Source: Pseudomonadota bacterium | Lineage (GTDB): Bacteria; Pseudomonadota; Gammaproteobacteria; Enterobacterales; Alteromonadaceae | Assembly: GCA_034190055.1 (NCBI GenBank) | Contig: JAXHTT010000003.1 | Span: 2,721-66,720 of the forward strand | Length of the DNA stretch: 64,000 bases | Direction: 5' to 3' | Shown: positions 10,482 to 19,984 of the stretch, piece after piece | How the letters are laid out: the number at the start of each line of letters is the position of its first letter | Position numbering within the stretch: the stretch's first letter is position 1 | The notes under the pieces: model-generated | What the model was told of the DNA's origin: nothing | The model's database searches: none | What the model saw: only the letters and a program-made list of their open reading frames with translations | Program-made: the position numbers and the translations under genes

Positions 10482-10611
10482 ATAAAAACCTTATTTAATT
10501 GGCTGACGCTATTTTGAATAGCTATCAAAAAGTTGAAAAAGTGAAAAAATAAGCAGCTTGCAATGTGCTAAGGACATGCACCTTAGTGATGTACATCAAA
10601 GCATATGAGCG

Positions 10612-10965
10612 TTAGCAATTCTCACAGGACAAGTTCGCTAATGGCTCTTCGATGTATGCACTATTATTGGATGCAGTGTTTTTGATAACGTCTTGTGCCC
10701 AAGCAGGTAACTCAGGATGAAGTTGGTAATACACCCATTTGCCCTTACGGGTATCGAGCACTAAACCGCATTTTCGCAAATCTGCAAGATGTCGCGAAAT
10801 TTTTGGCTGGCTTAGTTGAAGCGCATCGGTGAGGTCGCACACGCATAGTTCGCCTTTTACGCTAAGCATAAGTAGCGTCTTCAAGCGAGTGTCTTCCGAC
10901 AGGCATTTAAAAAATGCTAGGGGCGCTAATTGCGCGGGTTCACAACAATTCGACATAAAAATCAT
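10612..10965 (-). CDS. arsR: ArsR/SmtB-family arsenic-responsive repressor
   Basis: It has an HTH (DTRLKTLLML...LCVCDLTDAL.LSQPKISRHLADLR) with the CVC metalloid site. The track ORF extends to 11019, but that extension reads through the operator repeats and a TTGACA box. The likely start is ATG 10965 or ATG 10956. Confidence 0.85.
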   Translation of the reverse strand: MIFMSNCCEPAQLAPLAFFKCLSEDTRLKTLLMLSVKGELCVCDLTDALQLSQPKISRHLADLRKCGLVLDTRKGKWVYYQLHPELPAWAQDVIKNTASNNSAYIEEPLANLSCENC

Positions 10966-10968
10966 CAC

Positions 10969-11046
10969 ATATGAAATTTCGTATGTGATGTATCGTATAT
11001 GAAATTCCGTATGTGTCAATAACGCATCTGAAATTTCATATATGTG
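10969..11046 (-). promoter_or_regulatory. ars promoter/operator: three direct copies of a ~19-21 bp element, each a near-palindrome
   Basis: The copies are ATATGAAATTTCGTATGTG (10969-10987), ATATGAAATTCCGTATGTG (10997-11015) and ATCTGAAATTTCATATATGTG (11026-11046), spaced 28-29 bp apart. Each is centred on GAAATTTC. On the coding (minus) strand a TTGACA lies at 11019-11014, with TACGAT 16 nt downstream. Confidence 0.6.
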
Positions 11047-11093
11047 TAATAGGAATGAAGTGGTTTAAAAGCTAAATAAGGAAGCGCTTAAAT

Positions 11094-11774
11094 TTATTGG
11101 CTTTCAGGAACGGCGGCCTCAAATGACATCGCTACTTGTTTGCCGTTTACCCCATTGTAGTGGGTGATGACTTCGTTCATAAAGGCGTACCATGTAGGGT
11201 TGGGGTGCCAAATGGCCATAAGGTCTGTCTTGGCGGTTGGTTCGCTTTCGCCCAGTACGTTAATTCTATAAAGGTAGGTAAAAGCAGCACCTCGCCAATT
11301 CAGTTTACAGTGCGTGAGTACCTTGTCTTCGTTAACATCTACGCTTTGCATAAATGCCGCGTAATTTAAAAAGTTAGACAATGTAGGAGCTTCCCAATCA
11401 ACGGGCACATTAAAATAGTCGAGGCCTAATTCTGAGGTAGTTAAAATCTCGCTCGCTCGATTTCCTGGGATCAAATCTATAACGTGTGTCACCCCTTCTT
11501 CTTTTAGCAGAGAAAGATGAGAGGCATCAGGCAAGCCAGAAGAATACATAAAGGGCGCGTTTTTTTGGTAGTTTGTGAGAGACGTAAGGGTAGGAGTAGT
11601 CTCAATCTGTGTGTCTGTGCTCATTTTTGATGCTATATCGTGAGCGTTGACAGTTGCACTTAAAGCTAGCCCTAAGCTGATACAAGCAGCGGTAACAGTA
11701 AAACTAAACGTAGGCTTTTGAAACGTTGATAATTTTTTCGTTCTTGTATGTTCTGCTGGCTGGGGCTTTTTCAT
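11094..11774 (-). CDS. secreted protein-tyrosine/dual-specificity-phosphatase-like protein with a degenerate P-loop
   Basis: 226 aa with a signal peptide (...ALSATVNA/HD). The layout resembles DUF442/DSP-type phosphatases (GVTHVIDL...YFNVPVDW...LTHCKLNWRGAAF), but the motif is C-X4-R rather than C-X5-R. Confidence 0.6.
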   Translation of the reverse strand: MKKPQPAEHTRTKKLSTFQKPTFSFTVTAACISLGLALSATVNAHDIASKMSTDTQIETTPTLTSLTNYQKNAPFMYSSGLPDASHLSLLKEEGVTHVIDLIPGNRASEILTTSELGLDYFNVPVDWEAPTLSNFLNYAAFMQSVDVNEDKVLTHCKLNWRGAAFTYLYRINVLGESEPTAKTDLMAIWHPNPTWYAFMNEVITHYNGVNGKQVAMSFEAAVPESQ

Positions 11775-11886
11775 AAATTAGCGCTCTCGTTTGACACGGT
11801 TTGATAGTGGCGTTGCTGTCACTTCTTACGTTACACACTTGATTGCGTGTTGTCCAAACGGTAAAGCCAACCTTTTGTAATTAGGG

Positions 11887-11922
11887 CTTGTTGACCTTTG
11901 ATTTTCTGTAAAGGTCAACAAG
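11887..11922. other. 13-bp perfect stem-loop downstream of the 11971-12738 gene
   Basis: CTTGTTGACCTTT-(10 nt)-AAAGGTCAACAAG. A second 6-bp hairpin (AGCGGC...GCCGCT) follows at about 11930-11951. Neither has a clean T-run, so this may be a terminator or an RNA-stability element. Confidence 0.5.
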
Positions 11923-11970
11923 CGCAGCCAGCGGCATTGATAACAGCCGCTAGATTTTGGGGCAACCCAC

Positions 11971-12738
11971 CTAGCTTTTCACTGCCTTCGGCTTTAAAGA
12001 AGGCGCTTTGAGGCTAGATGACTTGGGTTTGTATTTACAGCTAAGCCAGATTGAAAAAGGAACGCCTATAAGAGCGGGTAGGACCCAACTGACAATTTGC
12101 AGTGACGGCGAGCCTTCGAATAGTGCGCGTCCTCCAAAGGCAAAAAATGCGGTATATGCTCCAATACCAGAGCCAATGATATGCCCAATGTGCTCAGTCA
12201 CCCACGAACCTGCAACGATGTGTTTTTGATAAACATAGCGCACAATACCGATGGCATTTAACAGCGCAATAGGGGCAAAAATACAGGTTAACGTAATGCC
12301 GTACGTAATACCTTGATACAACGCAATGGAAGCTACAACAATAAGCAGAGCGGGTAGCCATAAGTATTCGATAGTGCGCAGCTGCCTAAGGTTTTGCTTC
12401 ACTTTAAGCACCGCTATAGAATGTCGTACGTTGTTCCAAACTAACAGACTTAACATCAGCAAAAAGAGATATTGACCTCTAAGGTATGCAGTGAAATAAG
12501 CAGCCGACTCAAAGTGCTCAGGCATTGTTGGGTAGATGACCAGCGGTATAAACAACACCATGGTAGAGCTGATAACGCCACTAATAGACGTAAATAGTAT
12601 TGCTTTTATGTAGTAACCACCAAATTGCTTGTGAGCTTTTCCGCCCTTTTTCGTAAGGCTCGGCACCCAAAACAGTATAAGTGACAGAGCACCGGTTAAA
12701 ATATGGAGCGTAACTATAAAGCCGTGAATTGTTTGCAT
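11971..12738 (-). CDS. polytopic inner-membrane protein (DUF2306-like)
   Basis: 255 aa with about 6-7 hydrophobic helices. The N-terminal HILTGALSL...KAHKQFGGYY pattern resembles DUF2306. No catalytic motif was recognised. Confidence 0.65.
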   Translation of the reverse strand: MQTIHGFIVTLHILTGALSLILFWVPSLTKKGGKAHKQFGGYYIKAILFTSISGVISSTMVLFIPLVIYPTMPEHFESAAYFTAYLRGQYLFLLMLSLLVWNNVRHSIAVLKVKQNLRQLRTIEYLWLPALLIVVASIALYQGITYGITLTCIFAPIALLNAIGIVRYVYQKHIVAGSWVTEHIGHIIGSGIGAYTAFFAFGGRALFEGSPSLQIVSWVLPALIGVPFSIWLSCKYKPKSSSLKAPSLKPKAVKS

Positions 12739-12806
12739 CTTGCTTTCCTTTGGCAGTGAACAAAATTGTGGGTTTATAGTGATAACTTCACGAGATTGAC
12801 AACAGT

Positions 12807-12840
12807 GCCAGAAGTCATGAAATAAAAAGTGACTTCTGGC
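12807..12840. promoter_or_regulatory. 11-bp perfect inverted repeat in the divergent promoter region
   Basis: GCCAGAAGTCA-(12 nt A-rich)-TGACTTCTGGC lies between the membrane-protein gene (start 12738, minus strand) and the histidine kinase gene (start 12912, plus strand). Confidence 0.4.
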
Positions 12841-12911
12841 CTATGCATTTATCAGTGTTTTTTGTCAAAGTAGCGCTATAAGAACGAAAAGGTATAGGTA
12901 GTCAGAAACGA

Positions 12912-14225
12912 ATGAAAATCTCAATCCCTGCTCATTGGCGGGTGAGCATCGATATTGAGCGCGCATCTGCTTGCATTACATGGATGTTTGTAAGCGGTTC
13001 TGCACTTTACTTCTTGTATTATCAGTACTCATTCATGCATTGGCGAACTCTCTCTGCCATTGCTATTTTTTGTATGCTCGCCGTGACTTTTGTGATTGTC
13101 AGTAGGCATGATAAAAGTATGCCCTCGCTAAGGCTGCCAACGTTATGGGCGATGTTTCTATTAGCGGTTCTGAGCCAGTTTTTGCTTCCCTATGCCTACC
13201 TTGCCATCTTCATTGTTATTTGGTCCGCCATTCTTCCTTATTATGTTAATTGGAAAAAGTGCGTCGTGCTTTCAATACCATTGGCTCTGCCCACCATCCT
13301 TATCCAAGGGTGGGTGTGGCAAGAGCAGCAGGCTTTCTTAACCGGCGCGCTGTTTTGGACATTCAATTTATTTGCCATGATCATGTCAAACACGGCCATT
13401 AAAGAGTCGAAAGCACGTGAAGAAGCTGATGCGCTTAATAGACAATTACTAAGTACTCAGCAACTAATGAAGCAGGCGCTTACTCAAGATGAACGCCTGC
13501 GTATAGCGCGAAATATTCACGATGTTTTAGGGCATCATTTGACGGCGCTTACCATCAACCTTCAAGTCGCGTCTAGAAAGGCGGATTTATTAGAGAGCAC
13601 TGAATCGCAAGGCATAAAGCAACACGTTGAGCAGTCCCACAGTATTGCAAAGCTTTTGCTCTCTGATGTCAGAGAAGCGATTTCTGACATTCGGGAAAAT
13701 GCGGCTATTGATTTTTCATTAGCGGTAAACGCATTGATTAAAGACTTGCCAAGACCGATGGTAAATCTGCACATTGGCGATAATTTAGTGTTAACCAACG
13801 TGCGAATTGCCGATTGCCTGTTGCGAAGTATGCAGGAGGCGCTAACTAACGTCATTCGCCATACACAGGCGCATTATTTTTCCCTATCACTGACGCAACA
13901 CAACGGCGCTTATAACCTACTAATGCACGATAGTATGGCGCCGCATGCTGCAGATAAGAAACTCAGTGATGAGCAGCCAAGTAGCAAACCGCTTTTCGAC
14001 AAAGCATCATGTAGCTATTCAGAAAGTGCTTGTGCAGAAGGTGCTTGTTCAGAAGGCGTTCGAAAGGAAGAGGGACCAAGCGAATCTGACACTTCAAGTC
14101 ATGTGGTGGCTGGCAATGGCCTAAAAGGAATGCAGGAACGGGTTCATGAGCTAAGTGGAAATATCAGCTGGCAGCAAACCGAACAGGGTTTTTGCATCGC
14201 AATTCGCATTCCGGAGGGCGAATGA
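12912..14225 (+). CDS. sensor histidine kinase, HisKA_3 (NarX/DesK-like) type with a polytopic N-terminus
   Basis: 437 aa with about 5 N-terminal TM helices, the H box NIHDVLGHHLTAL, the N box EALTNVIRH and the G2 box GNGLKGMQERV. A ~55-aa low-complexity insert sits between the N and G boxes. Confidence 0.9.
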   Translation: MKISIPAHWRVSIDIERASACITWMFVSGSALYFLYYQYSFMHWRTLSAIAIFCMLAVTFVIVSRHDKSMPSLRLPTLWAMFLLAVLSQFLLPYAYLAIFIVIWSAILPYYVNWKKCVVLSIPLALPTILIQGWVWQEQQAFLTGALFWTFNLFAMIMSNTAIKESKAREEADALNRQLLSTQQLMKQALTQDERLRIARNIHDVLGHHLTALTINLQVASRKADLLESTESQGIKQHVEQSHSIAKLLLSDVREAISDIRENAAIDFSLAVNALIKDLPRPMVNLHIGDNLVLTNVRIADCLLRSMQEALTNVIRHTQAHYFSLSLTQHNGAYNLLMHDSMAPHAADKKLSDEQPSSKPLFDKASCSYSESACAEGACSEGVRKEEGPSESDTSSHVVAGNGLKGMQERVHELSGNISWQQTEQGFCIAIRIPEGE

Positions 14226-14866
14226 AAACACGCCTTATTTTAGTTGAAGATCAAATGCTGGTGAGGGAAGGCATCAAATCGCTTTTAGGGCTTGATGATA
14301 GCGTTGAGGTTGTTGGCGAATACGAAAATGGTCAGCAGCTTATTGACAGTGAAAACGCTTCAAATTGTGATGTGATATTGATGGACATACGCATGCCCAA
14401 ACTATCGGGTATTGATACTTTACTTGCACTGAGTGATAAAAGGATTAGTACGCCAGTGCTAATGCTTACAACGTTTGACGATCATGAGTTGGTAAATAGT
14501 GCTATGCGCGCCGGCGCAAAAGGATATTTGCTTAAAGATGTGTCACTAGAAACCCTTATAGACACTATTAAACAAATAAAAAATGGCAAAACGCTAATTC
14601 AGCCCGCAGTGACCGAAAAAGTGTTGCAAGGCTTGAAAGGACTGAGCGTAGAATTTGAGTCGTTTGAAAATCCAGAGCCTCTTACTGAGAAAGAAGTCGA
14701 CATTCTTCGTTTGATTGCTGCGGGTTACAGTAATAAAGAAATTGCGGATGCCATGTTCAAATCTACAGGCACGATTAAGAATCAGGTTTCATCGGTCATG
14801 GCCAAGCTTGGCGTGAGAGATAGAACAAGGGCCGTGCTCAAAGCGTTAGAGCAGGGAGTTATTTAG
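14222..14866 (+). CDS. NarL/FixJ (LuxR-type HTH) response regulator
   Basis: Starts MKTRLILVEDQ, with a receiver domain (MDIRMP, KGYLLK) and a LuxR HTH (LTEKEVDILRLIAAGYSNKEIA). ATG 14222 overlaps the kinase stop (ATGA). The track ORF start at 14192 is an upstream extension. Confidence 0.92.
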   Translation: MKTRLILVEDQMLVREGIKSLLGLDDSVEVVGEYENGQQLIDSENASNCDVILMDIRMPKLSGIDTLLALSDKRISTPVLMLTTFDDHELVNSAMRAGAKGYLLKDVSLETLIDTIKQIKNGKTLIQPAVTEKVLQGLKGLSVEFESFENPEPLTEKEVDILRLIAAGYSNKEIADAMFKSTGTIKNQVSSVMAKLGVRDRTRAVLKALEQGVI

Positions 14867-14962
14867 TTATACTTTTCTACAACATGCTAAAGAACAAGAT
14901 ACACAGGTTGGACCACGTAATAAAATATATTTGTAGAATCTCGCGTAGTTTTGGAGAAGTAC

Positions 14963-15598
14963 ATGAGCAAGTGGTTAGCAGTTCTATCTTTAGTTTTAGG
15001 TGTGAGTACGTCCGCTCATGCAAACTTAATTTTAAACGGTAGTTTTGAAAATAACGATATTAGAAGTAATAGCTGGAAGGCCTTCACCGCTGGAACCGTT
15101 GACGGTTGGAGCGGCACGAATATGGAGCTTTGGGATAACTTTCAACGTTTAAATGCTTTTGATGGTAGCCAATACGCTGAGCTAAATGCTAATGGAAACG
15201 GTGGTCGATATTCGATTTTTCAGACTTTTTCTACCGAAGCCGGAAATACTTACGATGTGTCATTTGCCTATGCTGCACGACGCAGTGGAGAAAGTTTTCA
15301 ATTAGATATACTTAGTGATGCTAATAGCGTTTTATTCAGTCAGGTGTTTGACGACCATGCCATTAAAAGCTGGTCTGAATTCTACGGTGATTTTGTTGCA
15401 CAAACAGCCCTGACTACCATCCGTTTCTCTACTATTAATACAGGAACCTATGGCAATTTTGTTGATGATATTGTGGTAACTGCAGCGCCTAGTTTTACTG
15501 CGAGTGTATCCAGTGTTTCTGTTTCTGAACCGGCAAGCTTAGCAATATTGCTACCTCTATCGGCTTTGGTGTTGATGAGACGCAAGAGAGCAAAGTAG
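14963..15598 (+). CDS. small secreted DUF642-like (lectin/CBM-like) protein with a C-terminal PEP-CTERM sorting signal
   Basis: It has a signal peptide (MSKWLAVLSLVLGVSTSAHA), then NLILNGSFE. The C-terminus VSEP-ASLAILLPLSALVLM-RRKRAK gives the motif, a TM helix and a basic tail. GGAGAA lies 5 nt before ATG 14963. Confidence 0.8.
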   Translation: MSKWLAVLSLVLGVSTSAHANLILNGSFENNDIRSNSWKAFTAGTVDGWSGTNMELWDNFQRLNAFDGSQYAELNANGNGGRYSIFQTFSTEAGNTYDVSFAYAARRSGESFQLDILSDANSVLFSQVFDDHAIKSWSEFYGDFVAQTALTTIRFSTINTGTYGNFVDDIVVTAAPSFTASVSSVSVSEPASLAILLPLSALVLMRRKRAK

Positions 15599-15620
15599 AT
15601 TTACATATACGGTAATTACA

Positions 15621-15654
15621 AAAAGGCCCGCATTTATGCGGGCCTTTGTTTTTT
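15621..15654. terminator. bidirectional rho-independent terminator
   Basis: AAAA-GGCCCGCA-TTTA-TGCGGGCC-TTTGTTTTTT lies between the convergent PEP-CTERM gene and frmA. Confidence 0.8.
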
Positions 15655-15686
15655 ATGCAAAAATATCTTCGCTTTGGTTCTAATGC

Positions 15687-16943
<1,257 letters not shown>

Positions 16944-17033
16944 TCATATATGTAATAATTTGTGGTAACGTTAGCTAACAACAAAGTAAAAAATAGCGCA
17001 GTATTTCGCATAGCTGTACAGATAGGTAATAAG

Positions 17034-17912
17034 ATGAAGTATTTAGAGGGAATTGCAGAATTTTGTGCGGTCGCCGAGGTAGGCAACTTCACTGGCGCTT
17101 CAAACAAGCTCGATACATCTGTAGCGCAAATCAGCCGTAAGGTAGCATCGCTTGAGAAGCAGCTAGGTGTAAAGCTGTTGCAAAGAACAACGCGCAGTGT
17201 TTCCCTCACCGAAGCCGGTGCTCTTTATTTTGAGCAAGCGTTGCCGGCGCTAAAAGCGTTAGAAGATGCGCAGCTCTCGGTAAGTGCACTGCAAGACTCA
17301 CCACAGGGCCTCATTAAGCTTACGGCACCTGTGGCCTTCGGAGAAGCATTTATTGCGCCTTTGCTTAATGATTTCATGCACAAGTATACAGGTATTAGTG
17401 TGCAGTGTACTTTCTCCAACGATAAGCTTGATATTGTTGACTTGGGGCTGGATCTGGCTATTCGAATAGGTAAACTGGAAGACTCCACGCTCGTCGCTAA
17501 AAAGCTTGCAACACGCCATTTATTAGTGTGTGGTAGCAGCCGTTATTTTGAACAGAACGGCCAACCACGTTTATTAGAAGAACTTAAAGAGCACGCCCTT
17601 CTGGTAGGTTCACAGCCTTATTGGCGTTTTCTAGTAAACAAGAAAATACAAAGTATCCCTGTTCAAGGAAGAGTGCGTTACAACAGTGGTAACGCATTGT
17701 GCAGTGCTGCCGTTGCTGGTTTAGGGATTGCCCAGTTGCCAGGTTTCTATGTTCGCGAGGCGTTGGCTAAGGGCGAGCTTATTGAGATATTCCCTCAATA
17801 TAAGGACAAGCAAGAAGCCATTTGGGCAGTGTTTCCTTCAAATCGAAATGTCGCACCAAAAATTAGATTACTCGTAGATTTTTTATCTCAGCACATTGTT
17901 TCAGATAGTTGA
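17034..17912 (+). CDS. LysR-family transcriptional regulator (divergent from frmA)
   Basis: It has the LysR HTH (FCAVAEVGNFTGASNKLDTSVAQISRKVASLEKQLGVKLLQRTTR) and a substrate-binding domain. ATG 17034 is preferred over the track start at 16962. Confidence 0.9.
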   Translation: MKYLEGIAEFCAVAEVGNFTGASNKLDTSVAQISRKVASLEKQLGVKLLQRTTRSVSLTEAGALYFEQALPALKALEDAQLSVSALQDSPQGLIKLTAPVAFGEAFIAPLLNDFMHKYTGISVQCTFSNDKLDIVDLGLDLAIRIGKLEDSTLVAKKLATRHLLVCGSSRYFEQNGQPRLLEELKEHALLVGSQPYWRFLVNKKIQSIPVQGRVRYNSGNALCSAAVAGLGIAQLPGFYVREALAKGELIEIFPQYKDKQEAIWAVFPSNRNVAPKIRLLVDFLSQHIVSDS

Positions 17913-17987
17913 GTCGGTTATCTCATGATTTACTAACCATATTGTCCGTCCCCGAACGCTGATAATAGAAGTAAATACTGTGCGCTA

Positions 17988-18449
17988 TTACGCAACAAAA
18001 GTGTTAAACGGTACAGGTAGAATCTCTTTGAGGCGATACATTTTTTGTAGCCCTTCTAGGTTACCTAAATAAATGGGCATCTCAGCATCGTAAAACTCAG
18101 ATATTACTTGTAAACATAGAGCGCATGGTGGGACGGGGTTTTCTTGGTCGGCGACAACAATGAGGTACTCCATGTCTCGTTTACCTACCGCGGCAACGCC
18201 GCTCCAAATAGCATTTCGCTCGGCACAAATCGTTGCACCATAGCTTGCATTTTCAACGTTACAACCGTAAAAGATTTGCTCTACACCTTTAAATTTTACC
18301 GCTGCACCAACTTTAAAATGAGAATACGGTGAGTAAGAGTTTTCTCGCGCGTTAAGTGCGTTTTTGTACGCATCCACCACACCTTGATGTACATTTTCTA
18401 GCAATTTTTTGTACCACTTTTCTAAAGGGGGAGGTGATATTAACGGCAC
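17988..18449 (-). CDS. cdd: cytidine deaminase (small homotetrameric type)
   Basis: It carries the zinc-ligand motifs CAERNAI and PCALCLQ. The ORF starts with GTG at 18449 and has no SD. A start at GTG 18380/18377 (preceded by AAGGT) would give the usual ~130-aa size, so the 5' end is uncertain. Confidence 0.85.
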   Translation of the reverse strand: MPLISPPPLEKWYKKLLENVHQGVVDAYKNALNARENSYSPYSHFKVGAAVKFKGVEQIFYGCNVENASYGATICAERNAIWSGVAAVGKRDMEYLIVVADQENPVPPCALCLQVISEFYDAEMPIYLGNLEGLQKMYRLKEILPVPFNTFVA

Positions 18450-18667
18450 TTGTTAAGCAGTGCAACGTAAAACTGACAATGCTTTTAACCGCCCCAATCA
18501 CACACCTTTCGAACACTTGTGAAAAGTCGCTGCTCACCTTGGTTTTTTCGTGTTTGGTGATATCGAGGCTCACAAGAGGCATGTTAGTTGATGATTGCAA
18601 AGGAGTAAGATTATTATTCATTCCGTAATAGAATTTTACAGATTGCGTAATGATGGATACCTGTCAA

Positions 18668-18684
18668 TTGTTATAATATAACAA
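18668..18684. promoter_or_regulatory. Zur box (perfect 17-bp palindrome overlapping a TATAAT -10 element)
   Basis: TTGTTATAATATAACAA is perfectly symmetric around the central base. It matches the core of the gammaproteobacterial Zur consensus (TGTTATAATATAACA) and lies 80 bp upstream of the COG0523 ATG. Confidence 0.75.
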
Positions 18685-18763
18685 CTATTGTTTCTGTTTA
18701 TAAAAGGGCTAATCTAGCAACCCTTATTTCTGACAGTGAGTTACCATTTAGCAGAGAGTAGTT

Positions 18764-19846
18764 ATGACCCAGAATACGGCGTTAATCCCCACTAATATTA
18801 TTACCGGTTTTTTAGGTGTGGGTAAAACTACAGCCATTAATGCATTACTGGCCAATAAGCCGGAGGGGCAAAACTGGGCTGTTCTCGTTAATGAGTTTGG
18901 TCAAATAGGCATTGATCAGGAAATGCTCCCTGATAAGAACGGCCTTTTTGTTAAGGAGTTGGCTGGAGGCTGTATCTGCTGTGCCTTGGGGGCGTCACTA
19001 GGTAAAACAGTACGCGCCTTAATTGAACAGGCTAAGCTCGACCGGCTGATTATTGAACCCACTGGTATAGGTCATCCTGAAGGTATTATTGATACTTTAA
19101 GTGGCCCAGCGTTTCATGGGAAACTTGATTTACGGGCAACGGTTTGTTTGCTGGATCCTCGTTCGTTGGGCGAGCCGGGGGTAATCAATAATGAAACGTT
19201 TCACGACCAGCTAAATTTAGCCGACGTGGTACTTATCAACAAGTGTGACCTCGCCAGCGAAGCTCAGCTTACAGCGACCGAAGACAGTTTAAACGCAATG
19301 TTTCCTCCAAAGCAGTTTATTGGCCGAACAACGCGCGGGGCGTTTAATATTGATTTACTGGATGTGGTGAGAAACGGGGAGCTTAAAGCGCAGTTCCCAG
19401 AATCCCACCAACATCACCATGCGCACAGCCATGAGCCCAATGAACACAGCCATGAGCCAAGCGGAAGTAGCCATGAGTTGAGAAAAAATAGCCATTCACA
19501 CGACGCTAACAGTGATATAGCGACGCCGGGTAAACCTTTGCGTAAAACGGGTAACGGTAATGGGTTATACAGTTGTGGTTGGATTTTCCATCGCAATGAC
19601 TGCTTCGACTACTGGCAGCTTGAAACCGTGCTTAACGGGCTTAAACATATTAGCCGCATCAAAGGGGTGATAAAGATAGGTAGTGTTTGGGTATTTTACA
19701 ATCGCGTAAAAGATGAGCATGACTTCGATAAGGTTGCCTATAGGCGAGACAGTCGCATTGAGATCATCAGCACTGAGCCTTTGAACTGGGCGCAAATCGA
19801 AAACGAAATGCTGAAGTGTCTGTTGGTTTCGTCTGCATCAGAATAA
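18764..19846 (+). CDS. COG0523-family zinc metallochaperone GTPase (CobW/ZigA/YeiR-like) with a His-rich insert
   Basis: 360 aa with the P-loop GFLGVGKTT, the metal motif GCICC and the NKCD GTPase box. It also has a His-rich stretch (HQHHHAHSHEPNEHSHEPSGSSHELRKNSHSHD) and a CobW C-terminal domain. Confidence 0.92.
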   Translation: MTQNTALIPTNIITGFLGVGKTTAINALLANKPEGQNWAVLVNEFGQIGIDQEMLPDKNGLFVKELAGGCICCALGASLGKTVRALIEQAKLDRLIIEPTGIGHPEGIIDTLSGPAFHGKLDLRATVCLLDPRSLGEPGVINNETFHDQLNLADVVLINKCDLASEAQLTATEDSLNAMFPPKQFIGRTTRGAFNIDLLDVVRNGELKAQFPESHQHHHAHSHEPNEHSHEPSGSSHELRKNSHSHDANSDIATPGKPLRKTGNGNGLYSCGWIFHRNDCFDYWQLETVLNGLKHISRIKGVIKIGSVWVFYNRVKDEHDFDKVAYRRDSRIEIISTEPLNWAQIENEMLKCLLVSSASE

Positions 19847-19984
19847 ACCTTAACGCTTTAGCCGTTAAGACAACTTTTGTGTAAACAACTGATCGGAAAA
19901 GAGTCTTCTTACCTACACAGAGGGATATCTAACAGCTTTATGCCTACAAAGTAGAGCAACAAATTGTAAAATAAAATAGGTGAA

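Noticed and set aside
10969-11046. Three direct repeats that could be mistaken for a mini CRISPR or a tandem repeat
   Set aside because: There are only three copies of 19-21 bp, separated by 9-10 bp. Each is internally palindromic, and they overlap a promoter directly upstream of arsR. This fits an operator array, not a CRISPR.
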